A stretch of 31,529 bases of DNA from Synechococcus sp. (lineage in GTDB: Bacteria; Cyanobacteriota; Cyanobacteriia; Thermostichales; PCC-7336). Shown here piece by piece: positions 1 to 10,247 of the stretch (position 1 is its first letter; the number at the start of each line of letters is the position of its first letter). The stretch lies in the NCBI GenBank assembly GCA_051439425.1, contig JBFRWD010000126.1:1-31529 (forward strand), in the 5' to 3' direction. Both the position numbers and the translations under genes were made by a program. The notes beneath the pieces are model-generated. The model was not told where the DNA came from. It did no database searches and saw only the letters and a program-made list of their open reading frames with translations.

Positions 1-1
1 C

Positions 2-283
2 GACCCCCCCCTCGACCTCTCCCTCGCCCGCCCCCGCTCCCTCCACCACGCCCTCTCCCGCTCCCACCCCCGCTCCCACCCCCTCCCCCGCTCCCTCGAC
101 CTCCCCCACTCCCTCGACCTCCGCTCCCTCTCCCTCGACCTCCCCCGCTCCCTCTCTCGCTCCCTCTCCCGCTCCCTCTCCCTCTCCCGCTCCCTCTCCC
201 GCTCCCTCTCATCCCTCTCCAGCCCCCGCTCCCTCGACCGCTCCCTCGACCGCTCCCTCGACCTCTCCCTCGACCTCTCCCGA
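2..283 (+). repeat. Imperfect 12-bp coding tandem repeat (CGCTCCCTCGAC / CGCTCCCTCTCC) encoding RSLD/RSLS/LSLD units
   Basis: Directly visible C/T-rich tract; reading frame 2 has no stop codon through it. Confidence 0.9.
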
Positions 284-598
284 ATTTATGAAGAACACCA
301 TATCTTTAATAAAAAAATGTTTTCTCCATTCATCTCAGCAGTAGAAAACCTTGCTAATCAGATCCCAGACGAAGGATTTCCCTTAAAGATATTCAAGGAT
401 TATTCAGGTCAACTTATTGGCATTTGGATTGAGGCATTTTCCCTCAAACGAGAATGGCTAGATCTCAACAATAGCGAGATGCATGAACTCAATAATTATC
501 TTTATGCAAATCAGCTTCTATTTGATTGTAGAAATGCTGCAGTTCGTCTATCTCGTGATGTACGAGAAGGGATTCTCGAACGAATGCTGACACTGTAA
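2..598 (+). CDS. C-terminal part of a large protein (5' end outside the window), probably a NACHT/STAND NTPase with a tetrapeptide-repeat linker and a C-terminal helical domain
   Basis: Frame is open from position 2 into the ORF-track ATG at 317: ...RSLDRSLDRSLDLSLDLSRIYEEHHIFNKKMFSP... The C-terminus LNNYLYANQLLFDCRNAAVRLSRDVREGILERMLTL resembles the helical tail of cyanobacterial NACHT proteins. The NTPase domain itself is not in the window. Confidence 0.65.
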   Translation, partial: DPPLDLSLARPRSLHHALSRSHPRSHPLPRSLDLPHSLDLRSLSLDLPRSLSRSLSRSLSLSRSLSRSLSSLSSPRSLDRSLDRSLDLSLDLSRIYEEHHIFNKKMFSPFISAVENLANQIPDEGFPLKIFKDYSGQLIGIWIEAFSLKREWLDLNNSEMHELNNYLYANQLLFDCRNAAVRLSRDVREGILERMLTL

Positions 599-664
599 TT
601 TGGCTCCCCCGATTTTCTCTACAAGTGAATTTTTTGAGCATATAGGAACATCTAAGAACGAAAA

Positions 665-1522
665 ATGGCCTCTCCCAGCTACACCATCCAGACCATGGCC
701 CGCCCCCAACTGGACATCGCCATTGACTGGGCCGCATCCGAAGGCTGGAACCCCGGCCTACACGACGCCAATTCCTTCTACACCACCGACCCCACCGGAT
801 TCTTCATCGGCCTCCTAGACGGTCAACCGATCGCCTCCATCTCCGCCGTCCGCTACGGCACCACCTACGGCTTTATCGGCTTCTACATCGTCCACCCCGA
901 CTATCGCGGCCAAGGCTACGGCCTCAAAATCTGGCAAGCAGGCTTGGACTACCTAAAAGGACGCACCATCGGCCTAGATGGCGTAGTCGCCCAACAACCC
1001 AACTACATCAAATCGGGCTTTCAACTGGCCCATCGCAATATCCGCTACGAAGGCATTGGCGGCAATTTCGATCGACCTGAAATACTATCCGACGTTCAAC
1101 CCCTTGATGCCCTGGATGCAGAAGCGATCGCCACCTACGATCGCGCCTTCTTCCCCGCCGATCGCACCCAATTTCTCAACAGTTGGCTGCAATACCCAGA
1201 CAGTGTCGGAGTTGGGGTGAAAGAGAGCGATCGGATAACGGGCTACGGACTACTGCGCCCCTGCCGAACCGGCCACAAAATCGGCCCCCTATTCGCAGAC
1301 ACCCCCCAAATCGCCCAAGACATCTTCCATGTATTAATCGCCAACATCGAAACCGGCGCACCCTTTTATCTGGACGTACCGGAAGTCAACCCACACGCCG
1401 TCACCCTAGCCGAACGCCATAACATGACCGGCATGTTCGAAACCGCCAGAATGTACATCAACTCCCAGCCAGAGATCTCGCTAGACCGCACCTACGGCAT
1501 CACCACCTTCGAACTGGGTTAA
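665..1522 (+). CDS. GNAT family N-acetyltransferase (tandem GNAT, YitH-like)
   Basis: Acetyl-CoA motif FYIVHPDYRGQGYG; GWNPG; second domain KIGPLFAD...FETARMY; ends TTFELG. Confidence 0.9.
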   Translation: MASPSYTIQTMARPQLDIAIDWAASEGWNPGLHDANSFYTTDPTGFFIGLLDGQPIASISAVRYGTTYGFIGFYIVHPDYRGQGYGLKIWQAGLDYLKGRTIGLDGVVAQQPNYIKSGFQLAHRNIRYEGIGGNFDRPEILSDVQPLDALDAEAIATYDRAFFPADRTQFLNSWLQYPDSVGVGVKESDRITGYGLLRPCRTGHKIGPLFADTPQIAQDIFHVLIANIETGAPFYLDVPEVNPHAVTLAERHNMTGMFETARMYINSQPEISLDRTYGITTFELG

Positions 1523-1597
1523 GCAGGCAACTAAAAAGTCATCGAGACAGACTGCCTACCTCGCACGACCTCAGCACAGTTGCCTACAACAAATGGC

Positions 1598-2344
1598 TTA
1601 CAACAAATTGAACGAATCTAAAAACGTTGAGGCTAGCTCGGTGCTTTCAATGGACTGCAGCTGGCGAATCCCCACCACATAGACGCGCTCATCCGTCAGA
1701 ATAATGCGAACGGTGATGCTTTCTTCATCATCCAGCAACGTCAACTCTCGACCAATTTGACCTTCAAGCTCGGTTTCAGTTTCAACCCCTACCGTAAAAT
1801 CAGTTGCTTCGATAACAGCCACCCTAAGGGTATCGAGCAGCTCTGCACTATCAGCCTGCTCCTCAGGTCGCACAGCATAGGCCACCACAAATCGCGAAGT
1901 TGAGGAATGCACCGCGAATACATCAAATTCCAAGTCCCCTTCAGCAGAAGCGACCGTCTCAAATTCTTCCGTTAGCACCCCCATAGGGACATAAACCGAA
2001 AAACCACCTTCGCGAAAAATAGCGGGCTGCCAAGACATAAAGCCGCCATCAAGGCTGAATCCCGGAGCGGGACTCTCTTGTTGGAAGCGCAGAATTTCAT
2101 CATCCAGAGACTGCTGACTTTCCTCAAAGAAATCGGGACGGTTTTTGCGAATGGGCTCGAAGGTCGGGCCAATGGACGGACGCTCGTCAAACACGCTGTC
2201 TTGGCCAGCAGCACCCTGGGCCAGGCTGTCTTCATGAGTCGTTCGGGATTCGGCCAGCTCTAGACGCCCTCCTAACGAGCCCAAAGCGACCCCCACAGCA
2301 ACTAAGCCCGCCGCAGCACCAATTCGAGATGGCCAGCGCTTCAT
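1598..2344 (-). CDS. Hypothetical exported or membrane-anchored protein
   Basis: 248-aa ORF with a basic N-terminus and hydrophobic signal or anchor; acidic globular C-terminus ending FLDSFNLL; 55 bp downstream of the Omp85 gene on the same strand. Confidence 0.7.
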   Translation of the reverse strand: MKRWPSRIGAAAGLVAVGVALGSLGGRLELAESRTTHEDSLAQGAAGQDSVFDERPSIGPTFEPIRKNRPDFFEESQQSLDDEILRFQQESPAPGFSLDGGFMSWQPAIFREGGFSVYVPMGVLTEEFETVASAEGDLEFDVFAVHSSTSRFVVAYAVRPEEQADSAELLDTLRVAVIEATDFTVGVETETELEGQIGRELTLLDDEESITVRIILTDERVYVVGIRQLQSIESTELASTFLDSFNLL

Positions 2345-2399
2345 AACTCACACCCTTACAGTTGCACTCTGACAACAGTAAACACCGATTGAGCCCCCA

Positions 2400-3818
2400 T
2401 CAAAAGCGATCGCTCGCCTGAAAGTGCAAAGTAAAATCACCACGATTGTTAAACGTAGGCTCGAAACGAAATAAGCCAATGGGGCTCCGAGCCAAAAAGC
2501 CAATGCCATATCCAACCCCATCGCCATCTTTATCGCGAACCTCTCCAGGACGACCAATCACAGCCCCCTGCGAATCCAGCGTGCTGCCAAAGTCTGTGAA
2601 CACCGAGCCCCGAAAACTGAGATCTTGTCCGAACACCGTCACCGACCCGATCGGATACCGATATTCAGCAGCAGTAGAAATATAGCTACGACCCGTACCA
2701 ATTTCCCCCGAACTGAAACCGCGCACCGAGAACGATCCCCCTAACGAAAACGCCTCGTATGGCGGGGCATCTCCCAAAATCGTCCCCCCCTGAACGTTCA
2801 AGATCAGCGTGTGTGCCTTGCGATCGTCATCGGCTCCATTCAACGAAATAAACTGAGACCAATTCGCCGCCAGACGCGACATTGTAATATTGGCGTCCCC
2901 CACCGGAATGGATTGGTCTAACCCGATCCGAAACCGCGTTCCTGACGTTGGAAAACTGGCATTGTCGAGGGTGCTAACCACAGTGGCAACATTCACAGTC
3001 AGAAGCGGATCGATACCGTCGTCGCTCACCGTCACAGGATTACCCAGCTCATCCACTGCCGCCACGGATGAGGTAAACATCCCCTCCCGCACCGACACTG
3101 TCTGATAATTCACGCCTCCAGCAATGTCCACAACCGAATTGAGAGGCTGGAAATACTCCATCCCTCCCCCAATTCGATTCACCCAAGGGTCGGCTCCGCT
3201 CTCCAGTTCGACATCATCATTGCCATTTTCAAACGAACCGACACGAGAACTTTGATTTTGCAGGTTAATTCCAAACTGACCTGGGATGGATGTTGGGGTG
3301 AAGGCAACGCTCAAATCTGCGCCAAAGTTCTGCGGATCGAGCACGGCTTCCAGCAACAGTCGCCGCCCAACGCCCAACCCTTGCTCGGCAAATCCCGCCA
3401 CCGGAAAGACAACCGCCCGTTGCCCGGCAGTGGACACCGTCCGCAGTCTCGTACCCCCTTGCAATGCATTGGGTTCTCCAATTTTCGATCCGAACCCGTA
3501 CGAAAACGACCAGGGATTATCGCGGTCACCCACACCAATCGTCACGCGATCTTCTGTTGGAGCCTGCAGGGGTCGCTCCGAGGATTGGCTGTCGCTTTCG
3601 GATGATTGACTCAGTAACTGACTGGATTGCGTGTCATCCCGCAACTCGTTGGCGGTTGGGAGTTCGGCAGTAGTATCGACCGGTTCGAGGTCTTGTGGGC
3701 CGGTCGCAGAAGGCGAAACCTGCTGGGCAGCGGCCTGTCCACCCACGATTGACAGAGCCGACAGACTACTCGCGACTAAGATGGCCGCGCAGGGCCACCG
3801 ATGCACTTTATAAACCAT
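2400..3818 (-). CDS. BamA/TamA (Omp85) family outer-membrane beta-barrel protein
   Basis: Signal peptide; barrel motifs FPTSG, EAFSLGGSFSVRGF (loop-6 VRGF), AEYRYP, SPIGLFRFE; C-terminal Phe. Confidence 0.85.
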   Translation of the reverse strand: MVYKVHRWPCAAILVASSLSALSIVGGQAAAQQVSPSATGPQDLEPVDTTAELPTANELRDDTQSSQLLSQSSESDSQSSERPLQAPTEDRVTIGVGDRDNPWSFSYGFGSKIGEPNALQGGTRLRTVSTAGQRAVVFPVAGFAEQGLGVGRRLLLEAVLDPQNFGADLSVAFTPTSIPGQFGINLQNQSSRVGSFENGNDDVELESGADPWVNRIGGGMEYFQPLNSVVDIAGGVNYQTVSVREGMFTSSVAAVDELGNPVTVSDDGIDPLLTVNVATVVSTLDNASFPTSGTRFRIGLDQSIPVGDANITMSRLAANWSQFISLNGADDDRKAHTLILNVQGGTILGDAPPYEAFSLGGSFSVRGFSSGEIGTGRSYISTAAEYRYPIGSVTVFGQDLSFRGSVFTDFGSTLDSQGAVIGRPGEVRDKDGDGVGYGIGFLARSPIGLFRFEPTFNNRGDFTLHFQASDRF

Positions 3819-4070
3819 CGATCGCTCTACTCCTCACGTTTCGAACCAGACTGCTTTGGACGGTTTGGCGAGTCTCATTCGCTGTCTGGATCTTATCCGG
3901 CGATAGCAATTCATCTCTTAATATCAGATCTCCAGACATCTCTAGGCATCGCTAGGCATCAGATGGTGTTGACGGATAACACGTCATCCGGGCGGGGAGA
4001 TAACCGCAGGTTCACCCCTAAATGAATATGTTAGTTGTTAAATATTGATACGAAATCTCATTAGTGTCCT

Positions 4071-6170
4071 ATGGTTGCAACTCCCACCCGTGCAGACAAT
4101 CCGTTGGCGATCGGTGAAGGTCTGCCTCCATTCGATCGCATTCAACCGGAGCACATCGTTCCCGGCATTACTCAAGTCTTAGAAGAACTAGACCAGCAAC
4201 TGACCGAACTAGAAAACTCCGTTCAGCCCACTTGGTCGGGTCTCGTTGAACCGCTGGATCGCCTCTCGGAGCGTCTGCGCTGGAGCTGGGGCATCGTCGG
4301 TCATTTAATGGGAGTCAAAAATAGCCCCGAGCTGCGCGAAGCCTACCAAACCATGCAGCCCAAGGTCATCGAACTATCCACAAAATTCGGCCAAAGCAAG
4401 CCTTTATATCTAGCGTTCAAAGCCCTGAAGGAGGGCAGCGGCTGGGCCAACCTCGATGAAGCCCAGCAGCGTATCGTTGAATCCTCCCTCCGCCAAGCGG
4501 AACTGGCCGGTGTTGGCCTAGAAGGGGACGACCAAAAGCGCTTCAACGACATCCAGATGGAGCTGGCCAAGCTTTCCACTGACTTCAGCAACCACGTCCT
4601 CGACGCCACCAAAGCGTTCAGCATGACGCTGACCTCCCAAGCAGAGGTAGACGGCCTGCCCCCCAGCTTGCTCAGTCTGGCGGCCCAAGCGGCCCGTGCT
4701 GCCGGAGAGGAAAACGCCACCCCCGAAACCGGCCCCTGGCGCATCACCCTCGACTTCCCCAGCTTCGGCCCCTTCCTGAAATACAGCACCCGTCGCGACC
4801 TGCGCGAAACAGTCTATAAGGCTTACATCACCCGCGCCTCCAGCGGCGAGCTGGACAACACCCCGCTGATCGATCGCATCCTGGAGCTGCGCCAAGAGAA
4901 GTCCCAGCTATTGGGATTCGACAGCTTTGCAGAACTCAGCCTAGCCAGCAAAATGGCCCCGTCCGTCAGCGCCGTAGACGTGCTCATGGAAGAACTGCGG
5001 GTGGCCAGCTACGACGCTGCTGTCGAAGAACTCGACACTCTCAAAGCCTTTGCCGCCTCCAAAGGGGCTGCCGAAGCCGATGACCTGAAGCAGTGGGACA
5101 CCAGCTTCTGGTCTGAGCGTCAACGGGAAGAGAAGTTTGCTTTCAACGAGGAAGAACTGCGCCCCTATTTCCCCCTGCCTCGCGTTCTAGACGGTCTGTT
5201 CTCCCTTTGCGGTCGCATCTTCGATATCCAAATTGAAGCGGCCAACGGCGAAGCCCCTGTGTGGCACCCCGACGTGCAGTACTTCAAGATCTCGCGAGAT
5301 GGCGAGGCGATCGCCTACTTCTACCTCGATTCCTACAGCCGTCCGGCTGAAAAGCGCGGCGGTGCCTGGATGGACGAGTGCCTCACCCGCGCCAAGATGA
5401 CGATTGACGATCAGTCGGTGACTCGCTTACCGGTGGCCTACCTCACCTGCAATCAAACTCCGCCGGTGGACGACAAGCCCAGCCTGATGACCTTCCGCGA
5501 AGTAGAAACCCTCTTCCACGAATTCGGTCACGGCCTGCAGCACATGCTCACCACCGTTGACTATCCCGGTGCCGCCGGTATCAACAACGTTGAGTGGGAC
5601 GCCGTCGAGCTGCCCTCCCAATTTATGGAGAACTGGTGCTACCACCGCGACACTCTGTTCGGCATGGCCAAGCACTACGAAACCGGCGAAACCCTACCCG
5701 AGCACTACTACGAAAAGCTGCTGGCTGCCCGCACCTACATGACTGGCTCTGCCATGCTGCGTCAGCTCAACTTCAGCATGCTGGATATCGAGCTGCACCA
5801 CCGCTACGACCCCAACAGCGACGAGACAGTGAACGACGTCCGCGATCGCCTCGCCAAAACCACTACGGTCATGCCCCAGCTGCCGGAAGATGCCTTCCTG
5901 TGCGCCTTCGGCCATATCTTCGCCGGGGGCTATGCGGCAGGCTACTACAGCTACAAGTGGGCAGAAGTGCTGAGTGCCGACGCCTTCGCTGCGTTTGAAG
6001 AAGCTGGTTTGGATAACGACAATGCCCTGCAGGAAACCGGTCGTCGCTTCCGAGACACCGTGCTATCACTGGGGGGCGGCAAGCATCCCGAGGCCGTCTT
6101 CAAGGCCTTCCGGGGTCGCGAGCCCAGCACCGAAGCCCTACTGCGTCACAGCGGATTAGCGGCAGCGTAA
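4071..6170 (+). CDS. prlC: Oligopeptidase A (M3A metallopeptidase)
   Basis: 699 aa; zinc motif HEFGH; EWDAVELPSQFMENW; KRGGAWM; HIFAGGYAAGYYSYKWAEVL. Confidence 0.95.
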   Translation: MVATPTRADNPLAIGEGLPPFDRIQPEHIVPGITQVLEELDQQLTELENSVQPTWSGLVEPLDRLSERLRWSWGIVGHLMGVKNSPELREAYQTMQPKVIELSTKFGQSKPLYLAFKALKEGSGWANLDEAQQRIVESSLRQAELAGVGLEGDDQKRFNDIQMELAKLSTDFSNHVLDATKAFSMTLTSQAEVDGLPPSLLSLAAQAARAAGEENATPETGPWRITLDFPSFGPFLKYSTRRDLRETVYKAYITRASSGELDNTPLIDRILELRQEKSQLLGFDSFAELSLASKMAPSVSAVDVLMEELRVASYDAAVEELDTLKAFAASKGAAEADDLKQWDTSFWSERQREEKFAFNEEELRPYFPLPRVLDGLFSLCGRIFDIQIEAANGEAPVWHPDVQYFKISRDGEAIAYFYLDSYSRPAEKRGGAWMDECLTRAKMTIDDQSVTRLPVAYLTCNQTPPVDDKPSLMTFREVETLFHEFGHGLQHMLTTVDYPGAAGINNVEWDAVELPSQFMENWCYHRDTLFGMAKHYETGETLPEHYYEKLLAARTYMTGSAMLRQLNFSMLDIELHHRYDPNSDETVNDVRDRLAKTTTVMPQLPEDAFLCAFGHIFAGGYAAGYYSYKWAEVLSADAFAAFEEAGLDNDNALQETGRRFRDTVLSLGGGKHPEAVFKAFRGREPSTEALLRHSGLAAA

Positions 6171-6407
6171 ACAATCCGCTGTCCAGTTGCACTAAAACCA
6201 TTCCCCTCGCTCGATCTGGCAGCTGCCTCAGTGCAGTCTGCCAGTTTTTTTGTGTCCCAGTTTCTGTGACAGCGTGCGAGACTGACAGGATGGGATTAGA
6301 CGGGGGGCCTGGCGATCGCTGGATAAGCTGAGGGGCTATCTTGCGGCCACAACGCAACTGTTTATATTCGCAACACTTACTGTCTCATCGGGCTCACGAC
6401 ACTCTGT

Positions 6408-7175
6408 ATGACCTACTGTCTGGGAATCATCAACTCTAACGGCATTGTGATGGCAGCCGACTCCCGCACAAACGCGGGGCTAGACTACATCTCCACTTAC
6501 AACAAAATGTTCGACTTCTCGGTGCCGAACGAACGGGTTATTGTCATGTGCGCGTCAGGCAATCTCTCGATTACTCAGGGAGTTGTGAACCGTATCCAGC
6601 GAGAAATTGAAACTGAAGCCACTCCCAATCTCCATACCGTAGAAAGCATGTTTGATGTGGCGGCTTACATTGGCCGCAAGAGCCGCGAGGTCCAGGACAT
6701 CGACCGCCCTTGGATGGAAAAAGACAAAATCGATTTCCACTGCAACTTTCTGTTAGGTGGGCAGATTCGCGGAGAAGAGCCGCAGCTCTACATGGTCTAT
6801 ACCCAAGGGAATTTTATTCGTGCCACCCCCGAGACCCCTTTTTTGCAAATTGGCGAAATGAAATACGGCAAGCCAATTCTCGATCGCACAATTACGTACG
6901 ACACTCCAATTGAAGACATTGCCAAATGCGCGCTACTGTCGATTGACTCCACCATGAAATCCAATATTTCAGTCGGTCCTCCCATCAATCTCATGATGTA
7001 TAAAACCGACGAACTGGTGATTCAAAATACGCTGCAGTTGCGCTTGGGAGATCCGTACCTAGCCAAAATTCGCCGCCGGTGGGAAACATCGGTGCGAGCT
7101 GCGTTCGAGTCAATGCCTAATATCGAATGGCTGCGAGAGCCGGAACCCGTAGACGAAGAAATTATTATCGACTAG
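6408..7175 (+). CDS. Proteasome-type protease Anbu (Ntn hydrolase, T1 family)
   Basis: Starts M-T-Y-C (N-terminal catalytic Thr); ADSRTNAG; FLQIGEMKYGKPILDR; DSTMKSNISVGPP. Confidence 0.93.
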   Translation: MTYCLGIINSNGIVMAADSRTNAGLDYISTYNKMFDFSVPNERVIVMCASGNLSITQGVVNRIQREIETEATPNLHTVESMFDVAAYIGRKSREVQDIDRPWMEKDKIDFHCNFLLGGQIRGEEPQLYMVYTQGNFIRATPETPFLQIGEMKYGKPILDRTITYDTPIEDIAKCALLSIDSTMKSNISVGPPINLMMYKTDELVIQNTLQLRLGDPYLAKIRRRWETSVRAAFESMPNIEWLREPEPVDEEIIID

Positions 7176-7489
7176 ATTTCATGATTAAAAGATCGTAAAT
7201 TTTCCTTGCCCGTTTGAGTTTCTTTTGATACTAGCTATGTAGATTTTCAGAGATGAACCCTAGCTGTTTGTATTAAATGAATTCAACTTCGTGCAAGTTG
7301 CGACCTGAAAATCACTAGCTCTTCATCAAGCGTTGCAGTGTGCCTAAAATCTGTTATCTGGAATACGATTTTCGCGAGGCGATTGTGGCAGCTTAGTTTG
7401 GCTCTCGCGTTTAGGCAGAACTCGTGCGTAGTTAAGGGTCCATAGAACGGGGGTGTTTGAACTAGAGCGTACCGAATGGTTAGATCAGC

Positions 7490-8923
7490 ATGCTTCTCAA
7501 CGAATACGACCCCGAAGGCTTCTACGACGAATTATTTGAAACCAAAGGGGTGGCCAGAGAGCAATCAAGATCGCTGATTCAGTGGATGCAAGAGCTGGGC
7601 ATCGATCGCCTCAAGCGCCACCGGCAAACAGCAGAAATTGCACTCTATAACCTTGGGATTACGTTCAACGTATACGGAGATCGGCAGGGAGTAGAGAAAA
7701 TATTTCCCTTCGACATTATTCCGCGCATCATTTCTGCTGAAGAATGGTCTTGGATCGAGAGTGGATTGCAGCAACGCATCAAAGCCATTAATTGCTTTGT
7801 CTCCGATATTTACGGCGAGCAGCAGATTGTCAGTGAAGGGATTATCCCTGAGAACGTCATTAAGACAGCTCCTGGCTACCTGGAAGCATGTCAGGGGCTC
7901 AAGCCCCCCAACGGAATCTGGTGCCACATCTCCGGCACCGACCTAGTGCGCAACAGCGATGGCAAATGGTACGTCTTGGAAGACAACATTCGAGTGCCGT
8001 CAGGGGTGTCCTACGTGCTGGAAAATCGGCGGGTGATGAAAGCCACCTTTCCCGGTATTTTTCAGACCATGTCAATCAAGCCGATCGACGATTACCCAAG
8101 CCACCTGCTGGATACACTTCTGAACCTAGCTCCCCCCCACCTGCCCGATCCAACGGTCGTGGTGCTGACTCCGGGAGTTTACAACTCTGCCTATTTCGAG
8201 CATTCCTATCTAGCTCAGCAGATGGGAGTTGAGCTCGTAGAAGGGCGAGACTTAGTGGTGGCAGATGGCTACCTCCAAATGATGACCACTCAGGGGCTGC
8301 GGCGAGTGGATGTCATCTATCGCAGAATTGACGACGAATTCCTCGATCCAGAAGCGTTTCGCCCCGATTCCATGCTGGGGGTACCGGGGTTGATGGAAGT
8401 ATTTCGCCAGGGTCGAGTGGCGATCGCCAATGCACCGGGCACCGGAGTGGCTGACGATAAAGTCATTTATTCGTACGTTCCGGACATGATCCGGTACTAC
8501 CTCAGCGAAGAGCCAATCTTATCCAACGTGCCGACGTATTTATGCTGGCGAGCTGACGATCGCGAATACGTGCTCAACCACTTGCCCGAGCTGGTGGTCA
8601 AAGCAGCCAATGAAGCCGGCGGCTACGGAATGTTAATTGGCAATTCAGCATCCCCAGACGAGCTGGCAGAGTTTGCCCAAAAAATTAACGACAACCCGCG
8701 TAATTACATCGCCCAACCCATTCTCAGCCTTTCGCGAGTACCTACCCTGATCGACGGTAAAGTAGAAGGCCGCCATGTAGACCTGCGCCCCTATATCCTC
8801 AATCGAGGCGATAGCGTGTACGTACATCCGGGTGGTCTGACGCGGGTTGCCCTCAAAAAAGGATCGCTGGTGGTGAATTCATCACAAGGGGGGGGCAGCA
8901 AAGATACATGGGTTCTGTGTTGA
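7490..8923 (+). CDS. Circularly permuted ATP-grasp amidoligase
   Basis: VLEDNIRVPSGVSY, NSAYFEH, VDVIYRRIDD, ANAPGTGVADDK, RHVDLRP, GGLTRVAL...VVNSSQGGGSKDTWV. Confidence 0.93.
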   Translation: MLLNEYDPEGFYDELFETKGVAREQSRSLIQWMQELGIDRLKRHRQTAEIALYNLGITFNVYGDRQGVEKIFPFDIIPRIISAEEWSWIESGLQQRIKAINCFVSDIYGEQQIVSEGIIPENVIKTAPGYLEACQGLKPPNGIWCHISGTDLVRNSDGKWYVLEDNIRVPSGVSYVLENRRVMKATFPGIFQTMSIKPIDDYPSHLLDTLLNLAPPHLPDPTVVVLTPGVYNSAYFEHSYLAQQMGVELVEGRDLVVADGYLQMMTTQGLRRVDVIYRRIDDEFLDPEAFRPDSMLGVPGLMEVFRQGRVAIANAPGTGVADDKVIYSYVPDMIRYYLSEEPILSNVPTYLCWRADDREYVLNHLPELVVKAANEAGGYGMLIGNSASPDELAEFAQKINDNPRNYIAQPILSLSRVPTLIDGKVEGRHVDLRPYILNRGDSVYVHPGGLTRVALKKGSLVVNSSQGGGSKDTWVLC

Positions 8924-8957
8924 GCGCGGTTCTGTGTTGAACGCGGTTCTGTGTTGA
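8911..8957 (+). repeat. 17-bp-period tandem repeat, 3 x GGTTCTGTGTTGA, including the ATP-grasp stop codon
   Basis: Cores at 8911-8923, 8928-8940 and 8945-8957, separated by GCGC and ACGC. Confidence 0.9.
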
Positions 8958-9150
8958 GAGAGGGGCTCAGAAAATGAGCGGCATTGAAAGCTGAAGATTC
9001 CTAGCCAGGCTGACTGCAACGTCTTTGTGCAGAGGTAGCATCAACCGAAGTCAGCTTGACGAACTATTATTCTAGGAATGAGATAGCTTGTTGAGTATCA
9101 CATCCAAAATTGCAGGCCACAGTAGCTCCGGAATTCAGAGGCGATCGCGC

Positions 9151-10134
9151 ATGTTGAGTAGAGTCGCAGACTCCATTTACTGGCTCAATCGCTATATCGA
9201 GCGGGCCGAGAATGTGGCGCGATTTGTGGATGTCAATCTCAATTTGATGCTCGACTTGCCGTCGGAAATTTCCTCCCAGTGGCAGCCCTTGGTGTCGATC
9301 ACGGGCGATCTGGACCTCTATAAAGATATCTACGGCGATATCACATCCGACAACGTGATTCGCTTCTTAACGCTGGAGGAGGAATACCCCAATTCCATCC
9401 TGTCCTGCTTGATCAAAGCTCGCGAAAATGCCCGCTCCTGCCGCGAAACTATTTCCTCCGAGATGTGGGAAGAGGTCAACGGGTTTTACCACATGGTCAA
9501 GGGTGCCTCCCCCCAACAATCCCTCGACTATCTCCCCAGTTTTTGCAGCCAGGTCAAGCTGAAAAGCCACCAGTTTTGTGGAGTCATGGATTCCACGATG
9601 GCCCATAACGAAGGGTGGCATTTTGGGCAGTTGGGCCGACTGTTGGAACGGGCAGATAAAACCACCAGAATGTTGGATGTTAAGTACTTCTTGCTGTTGC
9701 CCTCAGCCCAATGGGTGGGGACCCCTCTCGATCAAGTTCAGTGGATTTCGTTGCTGAAATCTGCTAGCGCTTACGAGATGTACCGCAAGTGTCAGCATAA
9801 AATTGCTCCCGAGACTATTGCCGATTTCTTAGTGCTCGATCGCCAGTTCCCTCGCTCCATTTACTTCTGTCTCAAGCAAGCGGAAAACCACTTACACAGC
9901 ATCACCAACACCCCAGTGGGGACCTGGTGTAACGGAGCGGAGCGGGCATTAGGAAAACTCTGCTCTGAATTGGGATATATCGTGATTGCCGACGTGATTG
10001 ACACCGGGCTGCACGAATTTTTGGATGGACTGCAAAGCGCCATCAACACCATCGACGATCGCATTTACACGACGTTTTTATCGGTAGACAAATCCCGCTA
10101 TCTGCAGCCAACGTGGGGAAAAATCTCGCAGTAG
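9151..10134 (+). CDS. Alpha-E domain protein
   Basis: Family-typical start MLSRVADSIYWLNRYIERAEN (ATG 9151 preferred over TTG 9088); ARENAR; LGRLLERADKTTR; FPRS. Confidence 0.92.
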   Translation: MLSRVADSIYWLNRYIERAENVARFVDVNLNLMLDLPSEISSQWQPLVSITGDLDLYKDIYGDITSDNVIRFLTLEEEYPNSILSCLIKARENARSCRETISSEMWEEVNGFYHMVKGASPQQSLDYLPSFCSQVKLKSHQFCGVMDSTMAHNEGWHFGQLGRLLERADKTTRMLDVKYFLLLPSAQWVGTPLDQVQWISLLKSASAYEMYRKCQHKIAPETIADFLVLDRQFPRSIYFCLKQAENHLHSITNTPVGTWCNGAERALGKLCSELGYIVIADVIDTGLHEFLDGLQSAINTIDDRIYTTFLSVDKSRYLQPTWGKISQ

Positions 10135-10247
10135 ACTCTCGTTGCAGACAGATTTCTTAGTCGTAGTTAGCCCCGCCGCAGTTAGCCCCGTTGCCCCCAC
10201 GACAGGCGATCGCCTACAGTTCCCCTGCACCGGTACTCACTCGCGTA

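Noticed and set aside
8911..8957. Mini CRISPR array
   Set aside because: Spacers are only 4 nt; it is a simple tandem duplication.
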